From a virus: a stretch of 64,000 bases of DNA. The stretch's first letter is position 1. Every line of letters starts with the position of its first letter. The stretch is from positions 8,156-72,155 of the IMG/VR virus record IMGVR_UViG_3300018432_000004. One strand, 5' to 3'. This document shows, in pieces, positions 8,701 through 17,730 of this stretch. The notes under the pieces are model-generated. The model made no database searches. It was not told the DNA's origin and saw only the letters and a list, made by a program, of their open reading frames with translations. Both the position numbers and the translations under genes were made by a program.

Positions 8701-10136
8701 ACAGCATCACGGCGCCCGGCGAGCTGTGGATCGCCAACCGCCATACCGAGCGGCGCGTGGACCGGATGCTCGAGCCGTACGGCACGACGCTCGCCGGCGA
8801 GATCGAGGGCGAGACCGACCCGCACGGGTCGGTGCTGCGCGAGAGGCCGCGCCTCGGGCGAGGCGGCCGCGTGCGCCGCGACGCCTCGGGCGCCAACGTC
8901 CAGGGCGTAGACGTGAAGGGGTCGAAGCCCGGCTTCTCCGTGTTCATGGATCACTTCCGGCGGCTGTTCGGGCACGATCTGTACGTCATGTCGGGCTTCC
9001 GCGGCGGCTCGCGCGTGGCGGGATCGGGACGCGTGTCAAACCACGCGTCCGGCGACGCCCTCGACATCTCCAACCCCCGCAGCGCCGGCGGCACGCCGCA
9101 GAGCCCGCCGCCGCGCACCGGCCTCGACGAGCTGCACGGCTACATCCGGGCGAACATTCCGTCGCCACCGACCCGCGACCTGCTCTGGCGCACGACCACC
9201 GGCGGCAACCACTACAACCACGTGCACTGGGGCGCGGACCCGAGCGTCACCGCGAGCATCGGCGCGGCCCGCGCCTACGTGGCGGGCCTCCCCGAGGCCG
9301 GCGACGTGTCCGCCTACGGCGGCGTGGCGCTCGGCGGCGACTCGACCGCTGCCGCGCGGTCGATCCGACTCAAGCGCCGGCGCTCGGGGATGCGCGGCGT
9401 GCCCGGCGCGATGGCAGACCGCGCGATGAGCGGCTACGCGACCGGCCTCGAGCGCCGCGTCAACCGCAAGCTGGGCAGCGGCGCGGCGGCGGGCATCAGC
9501 GGCGTGAGCACCGGCGGCGGCAGCGTCGCCGAGCTGATCCGCGAGGTTGGCCTGCCGTCGATCTTCAACGCGATCGTCCGCGCCGAGTCCAACAACAACC
9601 CGCGGGCGCGCAACCCCTCGGGCGCCAGCGGGCTCGCGCAGATCATGATGCCGTTGCACGCCGGGCTCGTGGCGCGCTACGGCGGCGACGTCTTCGACCG
9701 CCGCACAAACCTGCGCGTCGCGAAGCACCTCTACGACGAGTCGGGGCTGTCGCCGTGGGCGGCGTCGCGGCACGCCTGGGGGTCGGCGCTCAACCGCCGC
9801 GAGCGCGGCGGGCGGGTCGGGTGGTACGGCCGGGGCGGCGAGGGCACCGCGAAGCGTCCGACGCTCATCGGCGTCGGCGACGCGCCCGGCGGCCGCGGAG
9901 AGGACTTCAAGGTCACGCCCCGGCGCCTCGGTCCCCCGAGCAGCCGCGCCGGCGCGCGCGGCACCGGCGGCACCCGCGGCCTCGGCAACGTCACAATCCA
10001 GAGCATGACCGTGCACTGGCAGCGCGAGGGCGACCTCAAGAAGGCGATCAAGGCCGAGGTTCACCAGGCGTTCGCCGAGCTCGCCGACGAGCTCGACGAC
10101 GGCGTCGACGCCGACGAGGACGCCCTGATCCGCTGA
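5730..10136 (+). CDS. Tape measure protein with C-terminal LAS/M15-like peptidase and lytic transglycosylase domains
   Basis: 1468 aa, Ala/Gly-rich helical; SNHASGDALD...HYNHVH and IVRAES..NPRARNPSGASGLAQIM motifs. Confidence 0.9.
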   Translation: MPIATASSAYVLEDRASPALRGIRQEAVRTTAALRGTADAGDKIGAPAQLQRLERFEKRLGSVARTAENMSGRVQRTVGHMEGVIRRDTLKAEARITALGGRMDELARKRAAPRVDLDGYAVTLAQIASLDRAIAALGRRTATMGVGTTGGGAAAAAAGGAGRAAGRSGAFIGSGGVGFGTTRRGLIAGAAVTALPVVSALTGTILPLAGSLSGATVAGGATSLAAGGALAAGIGAVVSVAKPANAAVKELRKEQERYTEAVRAYGPASEQALEAQKALDAQVRKSPAGARNLIRELDALTGRWRRVTQAGQTDILGLRAGAAQRVRSASPFLGEQSNRAAGAVRREGLNFTDWATSPAGLIIVRDLTDAFVDNLDEAEGTLENIAGTFGNIARASRPFFDEGMDFLERWTGGWEHSTRDIGETRRTIGGYLNDLKAWGRLGGAGFDLIRDLIMPGRQQGTSAVEDLTMQLREWDDWAKRNPERIRRFYRDSIDGTKELAGFIGVIARDLHEVGQLLLPILSRFAQLGQLAGGAGLLLPTLLRLGLGRAMGGRGAGGGGAGGGAGAGGSPIIVGGPGRAAGAAPRTDWTGWTGGTAARPTSRLAGARQRAVGGARSAGRFAAPVAGISGVLGAAGTQGDLNQRVQGGVSALTFGALRGPTTSAQAREQGEARAIGDVERLNVPRSPADYRRQIARLERQRAAARAKAGPPDRAGSIVDKIPVIGGASKAIGDTFFGDDEAEARRNAAAVKKYTAAIRELRAEQRSYRNEQDRRKGVASQAHGGALASSLQEGFGTLRRHEGPEAALQQTVDKTVAKMRQMRPEGAKILGESMLEWGRTIARGNPRMQAIVADMTSSIERRFARMGKRVEVVNGRILTGSRSEWRQISNALSMPAEEAQQRVTKAFTAIQREAIGSLKSMGFSSSEATAIVKGRESGGDKGRAADYAVKQGPDSYQAGVVGGQKAGPPSAPKRARGGRIPGQGLADKVPFGDSITAPGELWIANRHTERRVDRMLEPYGTTLAGEIEGETDPHGSVLRERPRLGRGGRVRRDASGANVQGVDVKGSKPGFSVFMDHFRRLFGHDLYVMSGFRGGSRVAGSGRVSNHASGDALDISNPRSAGGTPQSPPPRTGLDELHGYIRANIPSPPTRDLLWRTTTGGNHYNHVHWGADPSVTASIGAARAYVAGLPEAGDVSAYGGVALGGDSTAAARSIRLKRRRSGMRGVPGAMADRAMSGYATGLERRVNRKLGSGAAAGISGVSTGGGSVAELIREVGLPSIFNAIVRAESNNNPRARNPSGASGLAQIMMPLHAGLVARYGGDVFDRRTNLRVAKHLYDESGLSPWAASRHAWGSALNRRERGGRVGWYGRGGEGTAKRPTLIGVGDAPGGRGEDFKVTPRRLGPPSSRAGARGTGGTRGLGNVTIQSMTVHWQREGDLKKAIKAEVHQAFAELADELDDGVDADEDALIR

Positions 10137-10933
10137 TGGCCGTCAGCGAAACCGCGTCCGGCTCGTGGCGTCCCGATAAGCCGTTCGACGGCGACGACGG
10201 CGTGAAGATCACGCTTCGCCGCGAGCCCGGTATGACGCCCGCCGGGATGCTCAAGGTGCCGTTTCGCTTCCAGGCGCCGCCGCTCGACTCGATCCAGCGG
10301 CGCTGGGCGTTCGACTGGCAGACGGCGAACACCGTCGCCGCGGGCGAGCAGGGTCGCGAGGCCGGCCCGCTGCTGGACCGCCTCGCCTTCCAGACGATGT
10401 TCCTCGACGAGGACCTCCGCTGGCTCGTGTGGACGGGCAGCCTCGACGTCCAGCGGCTCCTCGACGAGCTGCACGCGCTGCTCGACGCGCCCGCACCGTT
10501 CCGCCTGACGCTCGGGCAGCCCGCGCTGTGGGGACCGAAGCCGCTCGTGAACATGATCGCCGTGTTCACGTCGATCACGCCCGAGCAGCGCGGCGGCGAG
10601 ATCGGCACGGAGTACACCGGCGTCGAGTTCATGGAGCTCAAGCGGCAGCGCCTCGAGCAGCGGTCCTCGCGCTCGCGCCCGGGCGCCTCGTCGGTCCCGC
10701 GGCGCGAGCCGATCCGCAAGGGCGACACGCTCTACAAGATGGCGCTCCGCGCCTACAAGCAGATGAGCAAGTGGCGCACGATCACCGCCGCGAACGGCAT
10801 CACGGGCGTGTCGCCCGACGACGCCGACGAGCTGGCGCGTTGGGCGAAGCGCCACGACCGCACAACGCTGCGGATCCCCGCAGCGGACAACGCGACGCCG
10901 CAGAACACGCCGCTGCGCTTCCAGGGTCCGTAG
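10136..10933 (+). CDS. Tube initiator/baseplate protein with LysM-like domain (XkdP-like)
   Basis: ATG overlaps the tape measure stop; IRKGDTLYKMALRAY...WRTITAANGI. Confidence 0.75.
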   Translation: MAVSETASGSWRPDKPFDGDDGVKITLRREPGMTPAGMLKVPFRFQAPPLDSIQRRWAFDWQTANTVAAGEQGREAGPLLDRLAFQTMFLDEDLRWLVWTGSLDVQRLLDELHALLDAPAPFRLTLGQPALWGPKPLVNMIAVFTSITPEQRGGEIGTEYTGVEFMELKRQRLEQRSSRSRPGASSVPRREPIRKGDTLYKMALRAYKQMSKWRTITAANGITGVSPDDADELARWAKRHDRTTLRIPAADNATPQNTPLRFQGP

Positions 10934-10934
10934 C

Positions 10935-12191
10935 GTGGCGACGACCGGGCGACAGCGCTACGCGGCGTCGCCGAAGGGCCGCAAGCGCGGCAGCCGGCCG
11001 AAGGCGCGGAAGATCGCCCCCGTCGAGTACGGCCGCGAGTCGTTCCGCATCACATGCCGCCGCGTGCGCGGCCCGGTGAAGCTGTCGACGCTCAACCTCG
11101 ACCCGCTCGTGACGTCGTTCGGGTGGGAGCGCTCGGGCGCGGTCATGACCGGCTTCCTGTCCTTCGGCGATCCCGCGCTGCGCCGGCTGCCCGGCCTCGT
11201 CGCGAAGGGCGACGTGATCCGCTGCGAGGTTCGCCCGAGGCCTGGGGCGGCGTGGCGCCCGCTGTGGGAGATGTCCGTGGTGAAGCCGACACGCTCGATC
11301 TCGGGGCGCACGACGGAGCTGACGCTGCGGTCCCGGCTGCTGCCGGCGCAGCGCACCCGCCACAACTGGCGCTTCAAGAAGGGCAAGGCGAAGCCGCAGG
11401 GCTGGACCGCCGATCAGATCACCCGCAGCGCGTGCCGACGCTTCGGCGTCAAGATCGGCGAGCTGCCGCGCGGGCGCCATCGGATCACGAAGCTCGTCGA
11501 CAAGTCCGCGTCGGTCGTCGAGATCGTCACGGCGGCGTGGCGCGAGGAGCGCGAGTCGACCGGCCGGCGCTTCGACGTGTCGATCGCTCGCGGCCGGATC
11601 GACGTCCGCGAGGTCCGGCGCCCGCGCTACATGCTGCTGATGGGCGCGTCGCTGCACGAGGCGGTGCTCTCGGAGGGCGTGTCGTCGAAGTTCGCGTCGG
11701 CGGTCGTCGTGACGTCCACCGCGAAGGGCAAGGGGTCCAAGAAGCGGCGGAAGGTCCGCGCCGTCGTCGTCGATCGCGCCCGCGTGCGCCGCTACGGCTA
11801 CGTGCGGCGCCACGTGAACAAGTCCGGCCTCGCGACGATCGCCGCCGCGCGGCGCTGGGGCAAGCAGTGGCTCGCGCGGACGGCCCAGCCCTGGACGCAG
11901 ATCACGCTCACGCACCCCGGTATCCCGTGGGTCGGTCGCGGCGACGGCGTTCGCCTCAACCTGCCCGCCGAGCTGCTGACCGCCGACGTCTACATCCTCA
12001 GTGCCAGCCACCGCGTTGACTACGGTGCGTACACGATGGAACTCGTCGCCACGGTCACGGACCCCTACAAGAAGGACGAGCGCGCCGCCCGCGTGAAGCG
12101 CCGCAAGGCCGCCGCAGCGCGCGCCCGAGGCCGCAACGCGAAGCGCTCTCGCGAACGGGTGGCGCCGAAGAAGGCCGCGGTGCGCTCGTGA
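10935..12191 (+). CDS. Baseplate hub protein (XkdQ-like)
   Basis: Position after the LysM gene; TADQITRSACRRFGVKIGEL, GIPWVGRGDGVRL..YILSASHRV..YTMEL. Confidence 0.7.
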   Translation: MATTGRQRYAASPKGRKRGSRPKARKIAPVEYGRESFRITCRRVRGPVKLSTLNLDPLVTSFGWERSGAVMTGFLSFGDPALRRLPGLVAKGDVIRCEVRPRPGAAWRPLWEMSVVKPTRSISGRTTELTLRSRLLPAQRTRHNWRFKKGKAKPQGWTADQITRSACRRFGVKIGELPRGRHRITKLVDKSASVVEIVTAAWREERESTGRRFDVSIARGRIDVREVRRPRYMLLMGASLHEAVLSEGVSSKFASAVVVTSTAKGKGSKKRRKVRAVVVDRARVRRYGYVRRHVNKSGLATIAAARRWGKQWLARTAQPWTQITLTHPGIPWVGRGDGVRLNLPAELLTADVYILSASHRVDYGAYTMELVATVTDPYKKDERAARVKRRKAAAARARGRNAKRSRERVAPKKAAVRS

Positions 12192-13036
12192 GGTGGGGGA
12201 ACACGACGATCGGTCCCGACGTCCTGTCGCTGCCCGGCGACCGGCTGCTGCTGCTCGACGTCGGCGGCGTGCTCGACGGGCCGCTCGTCGTCGGATCGCT
12301 CCTCGCGCACCTCGACGGCCTCGGCGCCGGCAGCGGCCAGCAGGTTCTCCGCCCCGTCGTCATGGAGAGCGGCCGACCGGAGACGCTCGCGATCGGCGAC
12401 GAGGTCGTCATCGACGAGGGCCAGGCCGCAGGCTGGGTGCACCTCCTGTTCGACGCGCCGCCGCGCCTGAGCGCCGGCGCGGAGCCCCGCCTCGGTCTGC
12501 TGTCTGGAAGCGCGAGCAACCTCGCGCGCCTCGCCGTCGACAACGGCGCGCCGGCGGGCGCGACCGTCCGCTACGTGTCGCCGTACAGCGCGCCCGAGGT
12601 CGGCGCGATCGACGCCGACCTTCTCACGCTCGCGTCCGTCCTCGCCGTCGCCGTCGAGCCGTGGACGCCGCCCTCCGCGATCACCGAGGACGAGCTGGCC
12701 GACCTGCCGATCGACGTCGTCCAGGCGACGCTCACCGGCGGCGCGGTCGACGTCGTCGAGGCCGCCGCGTGCGGCTGGCACTACTCCAACGAGTCGCCGC
12801 CGCCCCCCGCGAGCGCGATCGTTCGCACCGGCGGACCCCTCGAGCAGCTCGTCGGCCAGCGCGTCCGGCTGACCGCGGCGACGCCGGCGGGGCCCGCAGC
12901 CGTCGGTGTCGTCGTGGTGGACGAGCAGCCCTTCGACGTCCTCGACGAGGACCTCTCCATCGCCCGCGACGCGTTCATGCGCCTCGGCGGGCTGTGGGCG
13001 GACACCTTGACCGTCCGCGTAGAGGTGCTCGGCTGA
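12188..13036 (+). CDS. Baseplate-region protein with C-terminal RlpA/DPBB-like domain
   Basis: GQRVRLT..VVVVDEQP..DLSIARDAFMRLG..LTVRVEV resembles a double-psi beta-barrel. Confidence 0.5.
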   Translation: MRWGNTTIGPDVLSLPGDRLLLLDVGGVLDGPLVVGSLLAHLDGLGAGSGQQVLRPVVMESGRPETLAIGDEVVIDEGQAAGWVHLLFDAPPRLSAGAEPRLGLLSGSASNLARLAVDNGAPAGATVRYVSPYSAPEVGAIDADLLTLASVLAVAVEPWTPPSAITEDELADLPIDVVQATLTGGAVDVVEAAACGWHYSNESPPPPASAIVRTGGPLEQLVGQRVRLTAATPAGPAAVGVVVVDEQPFDVLDEDLSIARDAFMRLGGLWADTLTVRVEVLG

Positions 13037-13320
13037 TGGCCGCCCCCGAGATCCGCAAGCTCGCCGGCGCGATGCGCCGCTCGGCGAAGCGCGAGGCCGA
13101 CCGCCGCGGCTCCGGCCGCTACGAGGGCGTCGTCGAGCACGTCGACCCCCTGCGCGTCGATGTGCTCGGGCTCGACGGGGATCTCGACGACGACGACATC
13201 ACGATCGGCAACGCCCTCGCCGCGCACCTCGACGACGAGCCGCTCGAGGTCGACGACATCCTCGTGCTCGTCGAGGACGCCGACGGCGACTACACCGCCG
13301 TGGAGGTGATCCGCGACTGA
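13036..13320 (+). CDS. XkdR-like spike/baseplate protein
   Basis: 94 aa; EGVVEHVDPLRVDV..LEVDDILVLV; position before the wedge gene. Confidence 0.6.
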   Translation: MAAPEIRKLAGAMRRSAKREADRRGSGRYEGVVEHVDPLRVDVLGLDGDLDDDDITIGNALAAHLDDEPLEVDDILVLVEDADGDYTAVEVIRD

Positions 13321-13859
13321 TGGCCGAGCTCGTCGAGAACGAGGGCTTCGACATCATCCCCGCCGAGGCCGAGCCGCCCGAGGGCGACGACGAGCTCGCG
13401 CTACAGGAGGAACTCGTCTCGACGGAGGCCGACGCACCGGCCGCACCGGCGCCGCCCGTCGTCGGCCGCACGTACGCGCTCGACATCGACGCCGGCCGAC
13501 TGCTGCCGGAGGGCCGCGCGCCCGCGTCGATCCAGGGACCTGCAGCGATGCGCCAGGCCGTCGAGAAGGCGCTGCGCACCTCGCGCGGGTCCGCGGCCGT
13601 CCAGGGCGACGACTACGGCCGCGAGGACGCCGACCGCGACGTTGAGGGCCAGCCGTTCGACGACGCAGCGTTCGCCGACAACGAGGAGCGCATCCGCGAC
13701 GCCCTGCTCGCGCTGCCGTGGGTTCTCGCCGTCCAGGACTTCGATGTCGTCGAGGAGCCCGAGGACACGGCTACCGGCGCGGTCGTAACCTTCCGCGTGG
13801 TGCCCGAGGGCGACGACGAGCCGCTCGACTTCGATCGCTTCCCGCTGCCCACCCCGTAG
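13320..13859 (+). CDS. Baseplate wedge/sheath initiator (XkdS, gp25-like)
   Basis: AMRQAVEKALRTSRG..DYG..ERIRDALLALPWVLAVQDF. Confidence 0.75.
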   Translation: MAELVENEGFDIIPAEAEPPEGDDELALQEELVSTEADAPAAPAPPVVGRTYALDIDAGRLLPEGRAPASIQGPAAMRQAVEKALRTSRGSAAVQGDDYGREDADRDVEGQPFDDAAFADNEERIRDALLALPWVLAVQDFDVVEEPEDTATGAVVTFRVVPEGDDEPLDFDRFPLPTP

Positions 13860-13867
13860 GAGGACGA

Positions 13868-15043
13868 ATGGCGACGCCCGACGATCCCGACCGGCCGACG
13901 CTCAGCGGCGAGGACCTCGACCGCATCCGCGCGAGGCTGGCGGCGCGCGTCAACCTCGGCCTCGACCCGGCCAGCCCGGCGTGGCTCGACGCGATCGCCG
14001 GCTCGATCTTCGGCGACCTTGAGGGCCCCGCCGCGCTCGAGGTCGACCAGCTCTACGACTTCGCCGACGTGATCGCCCGAGCCGTCATCCCCTCGACGGC
14101 GTTCGGCGTCTACCTCGACGAGTGGGCCGAGTCGCTCGGGCTCGAGCGCAAGGACGAGGCGTACGCCGGCGGCGCGGTTACGTTCACCGGGGCGCCCGGC
14201 GCGATCATCGCGCCCGGCCAGCAGGTCACGACGACCGCCATCGGTCCCGACGGCGACCCGATCGCCTTCCAGGTCGTCGAGGGCGGCACGATCGGCGGCG
14301 GCGGCGCCCTCGACCTCGTCGTGCTCGCGGTCGCCGCCGGAGCGGCCGGGAACGTCTCCGCCGCGACGGTCACGATCCCGAGCCCGGCCGTCGAGGACGT
14401 CACGGCCGTCTCCAACCCGGCCGCCATGACCGGCGGCGCCGACGTCGAGGACGACGAGCAGCTCCACCGCCGCGTGGACGGCGCCCTCAGCGGCAGCGTC
14501 GGAGCGGGCAACATCTCCGATTACGAGCGGTGGGGCTTGGCCTATCCCGGCGTCGGATTCGTGACGGTCCGCCCGGTCGCGCGTGGCCCGGGCACCGTGG
14601 ATGTCTACGTCACCGACATCGACAACGCGCCTATGCCGAGCCCGGCCGTAGATGGCCTGCAGGCGCAGCTCGACCCCGTGGCCGGGCAGGGCCTCGGCCT
14701 CGCGCCGATCGGCCACGACGTGCTCGTGCTCACGCCCGACAGCTTCATCGCCGCCATCGTCGCGGAGATCCAGCACGACACCGGCTACACGCTCGACGGC
14801 GCCGGCGGTACGCGCGCGACGCAAGCAGCGATCGAGGCGGCGATCCGCCTCTACATCGACGGCCTCGCCGTTGGCGCCGACATCGTGCGCAACAAGGTCG
14901 TCGGAGTGATCGTCGGGGTGCGCGGCGTCGCGAACGTCACGACCTCGGGCGGAACCTCGCTCACGATCAACGCGTCGACCGCCGACACGATCGTCGTTCC
15001 CGCCGACGAGGTTGCCGTGTCCGGCGCGATCACGCTGACCTGA
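13868..15043 (+). CDS. Baseplate J-like protein (XkdT-like)
   Basis: AFGVYLDEWAESLGLERK, GAAGNVSA, GGADVEDDEQL, GNISDYERWG..GPGTVDV. Confidence 0.9.
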   Translation: MATPDDPDRPTLSGEDLDRIRARLAARVNLGLDPASPAWLDAIAGSIFGDLEGPAALEVDQLYDFADVIARAVIPSTAFGVYLDEWAESLGLERKDEAYAGGAVTFTGAPGAIIAPGQQVTTTAIGPDGDPIAFQVVEGGTIGGGGALDLVVLAVAAGAAGNVSAATVTIPSPAVEDVTAVSNPAAMTGGADVEDDEQLHRRVDGALSGSVGAGNISDYERWGLAYPGVGFVTVRPVARGPGTVDVYVTDIDNAPMPSPAVDGLQAQLDPVAGQGLGLAPIGHDVLVLTPDSFIAAIVAEIQHDTGYTLDGAGGTRATQAAIEAAIRLYIDGLAVGADIVRNKVVGVIVGVRGVANVTTSGGTSLTINASTADTIVVPADEVAVSGAITLT

Positions 15044-15585
15044 TGGCAACGCTCAGCGATACCGCGGCGGTCCTGTTTGACCACCTCCCCTCGACGTACG
15101 GCACGGACCGCGACGACGTCGACCCGATCGTCGCGCGGTGGCTCGAGGCGCTCGCCTTCGAGCTCGACCGCGTCCGCGCACTGGTGATGGCGCTGCGCGC
15201 CACCACCATCCCGTCCGCGGCCGACGACACCGTTGGCTCGCTGAGCCGCTGGGAGGGTCAGATGCGGCTTCCCGTCGCTCCGGCGGGCCAGACCGTCGCG
15301 CAGCGCCGCGCGCAGCTCGTCGGCGCGATCCTGAGCCGACGCGTCGCGCGGGGCTCGGACTGGACGGCCAGCATGACGAAGGTCGTGGGGTCAGCGGACT
15401 GGACGCCGATGGAGCACACGGGACCGAACGAGCTGACGATCGCGATCCCCTACGACGCCGGGACGACGAAGGCGGGGCAGATCGCCGCGCACGCCCGCCG
15501 CATCACGCCGGCGAACCAGCAGATCATCTTCCAGCACACAGGCGGTTTCGTTGTCGGCGCGTCGCAGGTCGGCGACACCCTGTAG
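15043..15585 (+). CDS. Baseplate/tail protein (XkdU/YmfQ, DUF2313-like)
   Basis: Follows baseplate J; LSRWEGQMRLP..QRRAQLV; RITPANQQI. Confidence 0.75.
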   Translation: MATLSDTAAVLFDHLPSTYGTDRDDVDPIVARWLEALAFELDRVRALVMALRATTIPSAADDTVGSLSRWEGQMRLPVAPAGQTVAQRRAQLVGAILSRRVARGSDWTASMTKVVGSADWTPMEHTGPNELTIAIPYDAGTTKAGQIAAHARRITPANQQIIFQHTGGFVVGASQVGDTL

Positions 15586-15625
15586 CGAGGACGCCTCGCT
15601 ATGAGGCGGCGTTAGGCTACGCGGC

Positions 15626-16591
15626 GTGACCCAGCACGTACCGCTCGCAGCCGGAGACATCGCCGTGGAGGCGTTTTTCGACGCCGTCCAAGAGATGCTC
15701 TCCGGGCTCGCCGTGAACTTCGAGGTCGTGCTGCTCAACAGCACGACCGTCGCCGTGCCAGCCGGCGTCGCCGCGTCGCAGGTTTCCGTCGCGATCGAGG
15801 GGCAGTACCGCTGGATCACGGTGCAGATCACGCGGGCGCATCCCGGTGGCGCGGCCGGGGTGTACGACCTCTACGTCACGGCGGCGGCGAACGATCCCGT
15901 CAGCGGCGCGCCCGCCGGAAACGACTTCTCGTTCGCGCTCGCCATCGTCCCGACGAACACCCTGCCCGCCGGCGTCGCCATCGCCCGGAAGATGCGCCGG
16001 CTGCAGTGGAGCGGGACGGAGATCACGCGGATCGACCGCCTCGACATCGAGCCCCCGCTGCGCCCCCCGCTCGTGACCGCTCTGCCCCTCCTGCAGCCCG
16101 TCGGCACCGAAATCGACCTTCAGACGGCCGCGATGGCGTCGGCGGGCGCCGGCCCGTGGCGCTACCGCCGCAACGCGGGCGGCTGGTCGGTCGTGAGCGC
16201 AGGCGCGGCCTGGGCGTCGCACCGCGACAGCCAAGACGTCCTCGTGGGTCCTGCCGCGGGCGCATGGACCGGGTTCGGTAGCGACCCGTCGGTAGTGGCG
16301 CCGATTGATGGTCACTACCGCGTCCATAGCGTCGCGCAGTTCCGCAACAACTTGGGCGCGCTCGGTGTTGAGATGGGGGTGCGCGTCGGCGCGGTCGATC
16401 CCTCGGGCCTGAACGGGACCGCGATGGGGCAGATACCCGCGGCAGACCAGTGGTGCTCACTGAGCCATGTGCGCACGCTGCTATCGGTCCCGGCCGGCAC
16501 GACGCTGAGCCAGCGCGTTCGATTCGCGGGCGCTACCGGCGTCGTCACGCGCATCGGCGCGGCCCTGATCGTCTCGCCGCTGCAGGCCTGA
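15626..16591 (+). CDS. Putative tail fibre/receptor-binding protein
   Basis: Last gene of the tail block; GTG 7 nt after TAGGCT; beta-rich C-terminus (VAPIDGHYRVHSVAQF) with visibly more A/T-ending codons. Confidence 0.6.
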   Translation: MTQHVPLAAGDIAVEAFFDAVQEMLSGLAVNFEVVLLNSTTVAVPAGVAASQVSVAIEGQYRWITVQITRAHPGGAAGVYDLYVTAAANDPVSGAPAGNDFSFALAIVPTNTLPAGVAIARKMRRLQWSGTEITRIDRLDIEPPLRPPLVTALPLLQPVGTEIDLQTAAMASAGAGPWRYRRNAGGWSVVSAGAAWASHRDSQDVLVGPAAGAWTGFGSDPSVVAPIDGHYRVHSVAQFRNNLGALGVEMGVRVGAVDPSGLNGTAMGQIPAADQWCSLSHVRTLLSVPAGTTLSQRVRFAGATGVVTRIGAALIVSPLQA

Positions 16592-16655
16592 GTTGGCAAC
16601 CATGCCCGCCTTCGGGCACCTTGGCCGCCCCGAGTGGGAGTAGGCTTCCCGGTCA

Positions 16656-17321
16656 ATGCCGACCATCGTGAACGGCCGACCCCTCGGCGTCGCACAGAAC
16701 GGCGTCTTCACCGAGGCGAACACAGACCCGATCCCCGGCGGACGGCTCTGGCCCGAGGCGGCGCTGACGTGGCTCGCGATGCGCGCCGAGTTCATCGCAG
16801 ACGGCGGCAACCCCGACCACTTCCGGCCCGGCGGCCCGGCCTCGAGCGCCCGGTCGATCGGCCAGCAGCAGCACTTCTGGAGGAGCCAGCCGCCGCCCGC
16901 CGCCCGCCCGGGCACGAGCAACCACGGGTGGGCGATCGCCGTCGACATCCCGTTCGCGGACGCGCAGGCGTGGCTCATGCGCAACTGCCAGCGCTTCGGG
17001 TGGTCGCACGACGAGGGCGCCCGCGTCGGCGAGGCGTGGCACTACCGCTACGTCGGCGCGTCGCCGGCGCTGCTGCGCAAGCTCAAGCGCGACCCGCTCG
17101 CCGGCTACACCGCGAGCGAGAAGCGCTGGGTCAAGGAGTACGACCGCCTCAAGCGCGCGGACCGCGACGCAGCTCGCCGGCGCGTGCTCGTGCACGTCAT
17201 GCGCGAGCAGCGCAAGCGCATCTGGAAGGCCGCGCAGCCGAAGGCGCGCGGCGGGGACGGGAAGGGCTGGACGAAGACGCGCCGGCGGCGCTACACGTCG
17301 CTGCAGGCGCGCACCACATAG
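16656..17321 (+). CDS. Endolysin A: M15B/VanY-like Zn peptidase plus C-terminal basic domain
   Basis: ARSIGQQ, AARPGTSNHGWAIAVDI, EAWHYRY. Confidence 0.85.
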   Translation: MPTIVNGRPLGVAQNGVFTEANTDPIPGGRLWPEAALTWLAMRAEFIADGGNPDHFRPGGPASSARSIGQQQHFWRSQPPPAARPGTSNHGWAIAVDIPFADAQAWLMRNCQRFGWSHDEGARVGEAWHYRYVGASPALLRKLKRDPLAGYTASEKRWVKEYDRLKRADRDAARRRVLVHVMREQRKRIWKAAQPKARGGDGKGWTKTRRRRYTSLQARTT

Positions 17322-17343
17322 GCACCACAACGGAGGGCACCAC

Positions 17344-17730
17344 ATGCTGAAGGCATTCGCAGGCGCGCGGCCGGACATCACGCCGGCCCAAACCACGGCG
17401 ATCATCGCGGCCGTCGCGCAGTTCCTTCGCGCGTTCGGGATCTACGACGTGTCGCCCGAGCAGCAGGACGCGCTCAACGTCGCGTGCGGGCTGCTGCTCG
17501 CCGTCGTCCTGGGCGACGTCGGGATCCGCGCCGCCCGCAACTCCGCCGACGCGAAGCGCGACGTCGCCGCGCTGACCGCCGCGCCGCACCCGCCGATGAG
17601 CGACCCGCCCGAGGACCCCGAGCACGACGAGCTCATGGCCGAGGGAGAGGACCTCCCCGGCGACGCCGAGGAGTTCGCCGCGCAGCCCGACCAGGCGTCG
17701 CGCGTCACCCCCGACGAGCCGCCCGCATGA
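17344..17730 (+). CDS. Putative holin
   Basis: Two hydrophobic segments, acidic C-tail, between two endolysins; GGAGGG RBS. Confidence 0.7.
   Translation: MLKAFAGARPDITPAQTTAIIAAVAQFLRAFGIYDVSPEQQDALNVACGLLLAVVLGDVGIRAARNSADAKRDVAALTAAPHPPMSDPPEDPEHDELMAEGEDLPGDAEEFAAQPDQASRVTPDEPPA

Noticed and set aside
2635-8975. Long minus-strand ORFs (e.g. 2635..4392, 6978..8975) and similar ones throughout the window
   Set aside because: They are antisense shadows of GC3-biased + strand genes, with no motifs or RBS; expected in high-GC DNA
8726-10135. Upstream parts of long track ORFs such as 8726..10933, 55643..58861, 30794..32470 and 39499..40710
   Set aside because: Arg/Pro-rich off-frame overlaps of the preceding gene; real starts placed at coupled ATGA/GTGA junctions or RBS-supported codons
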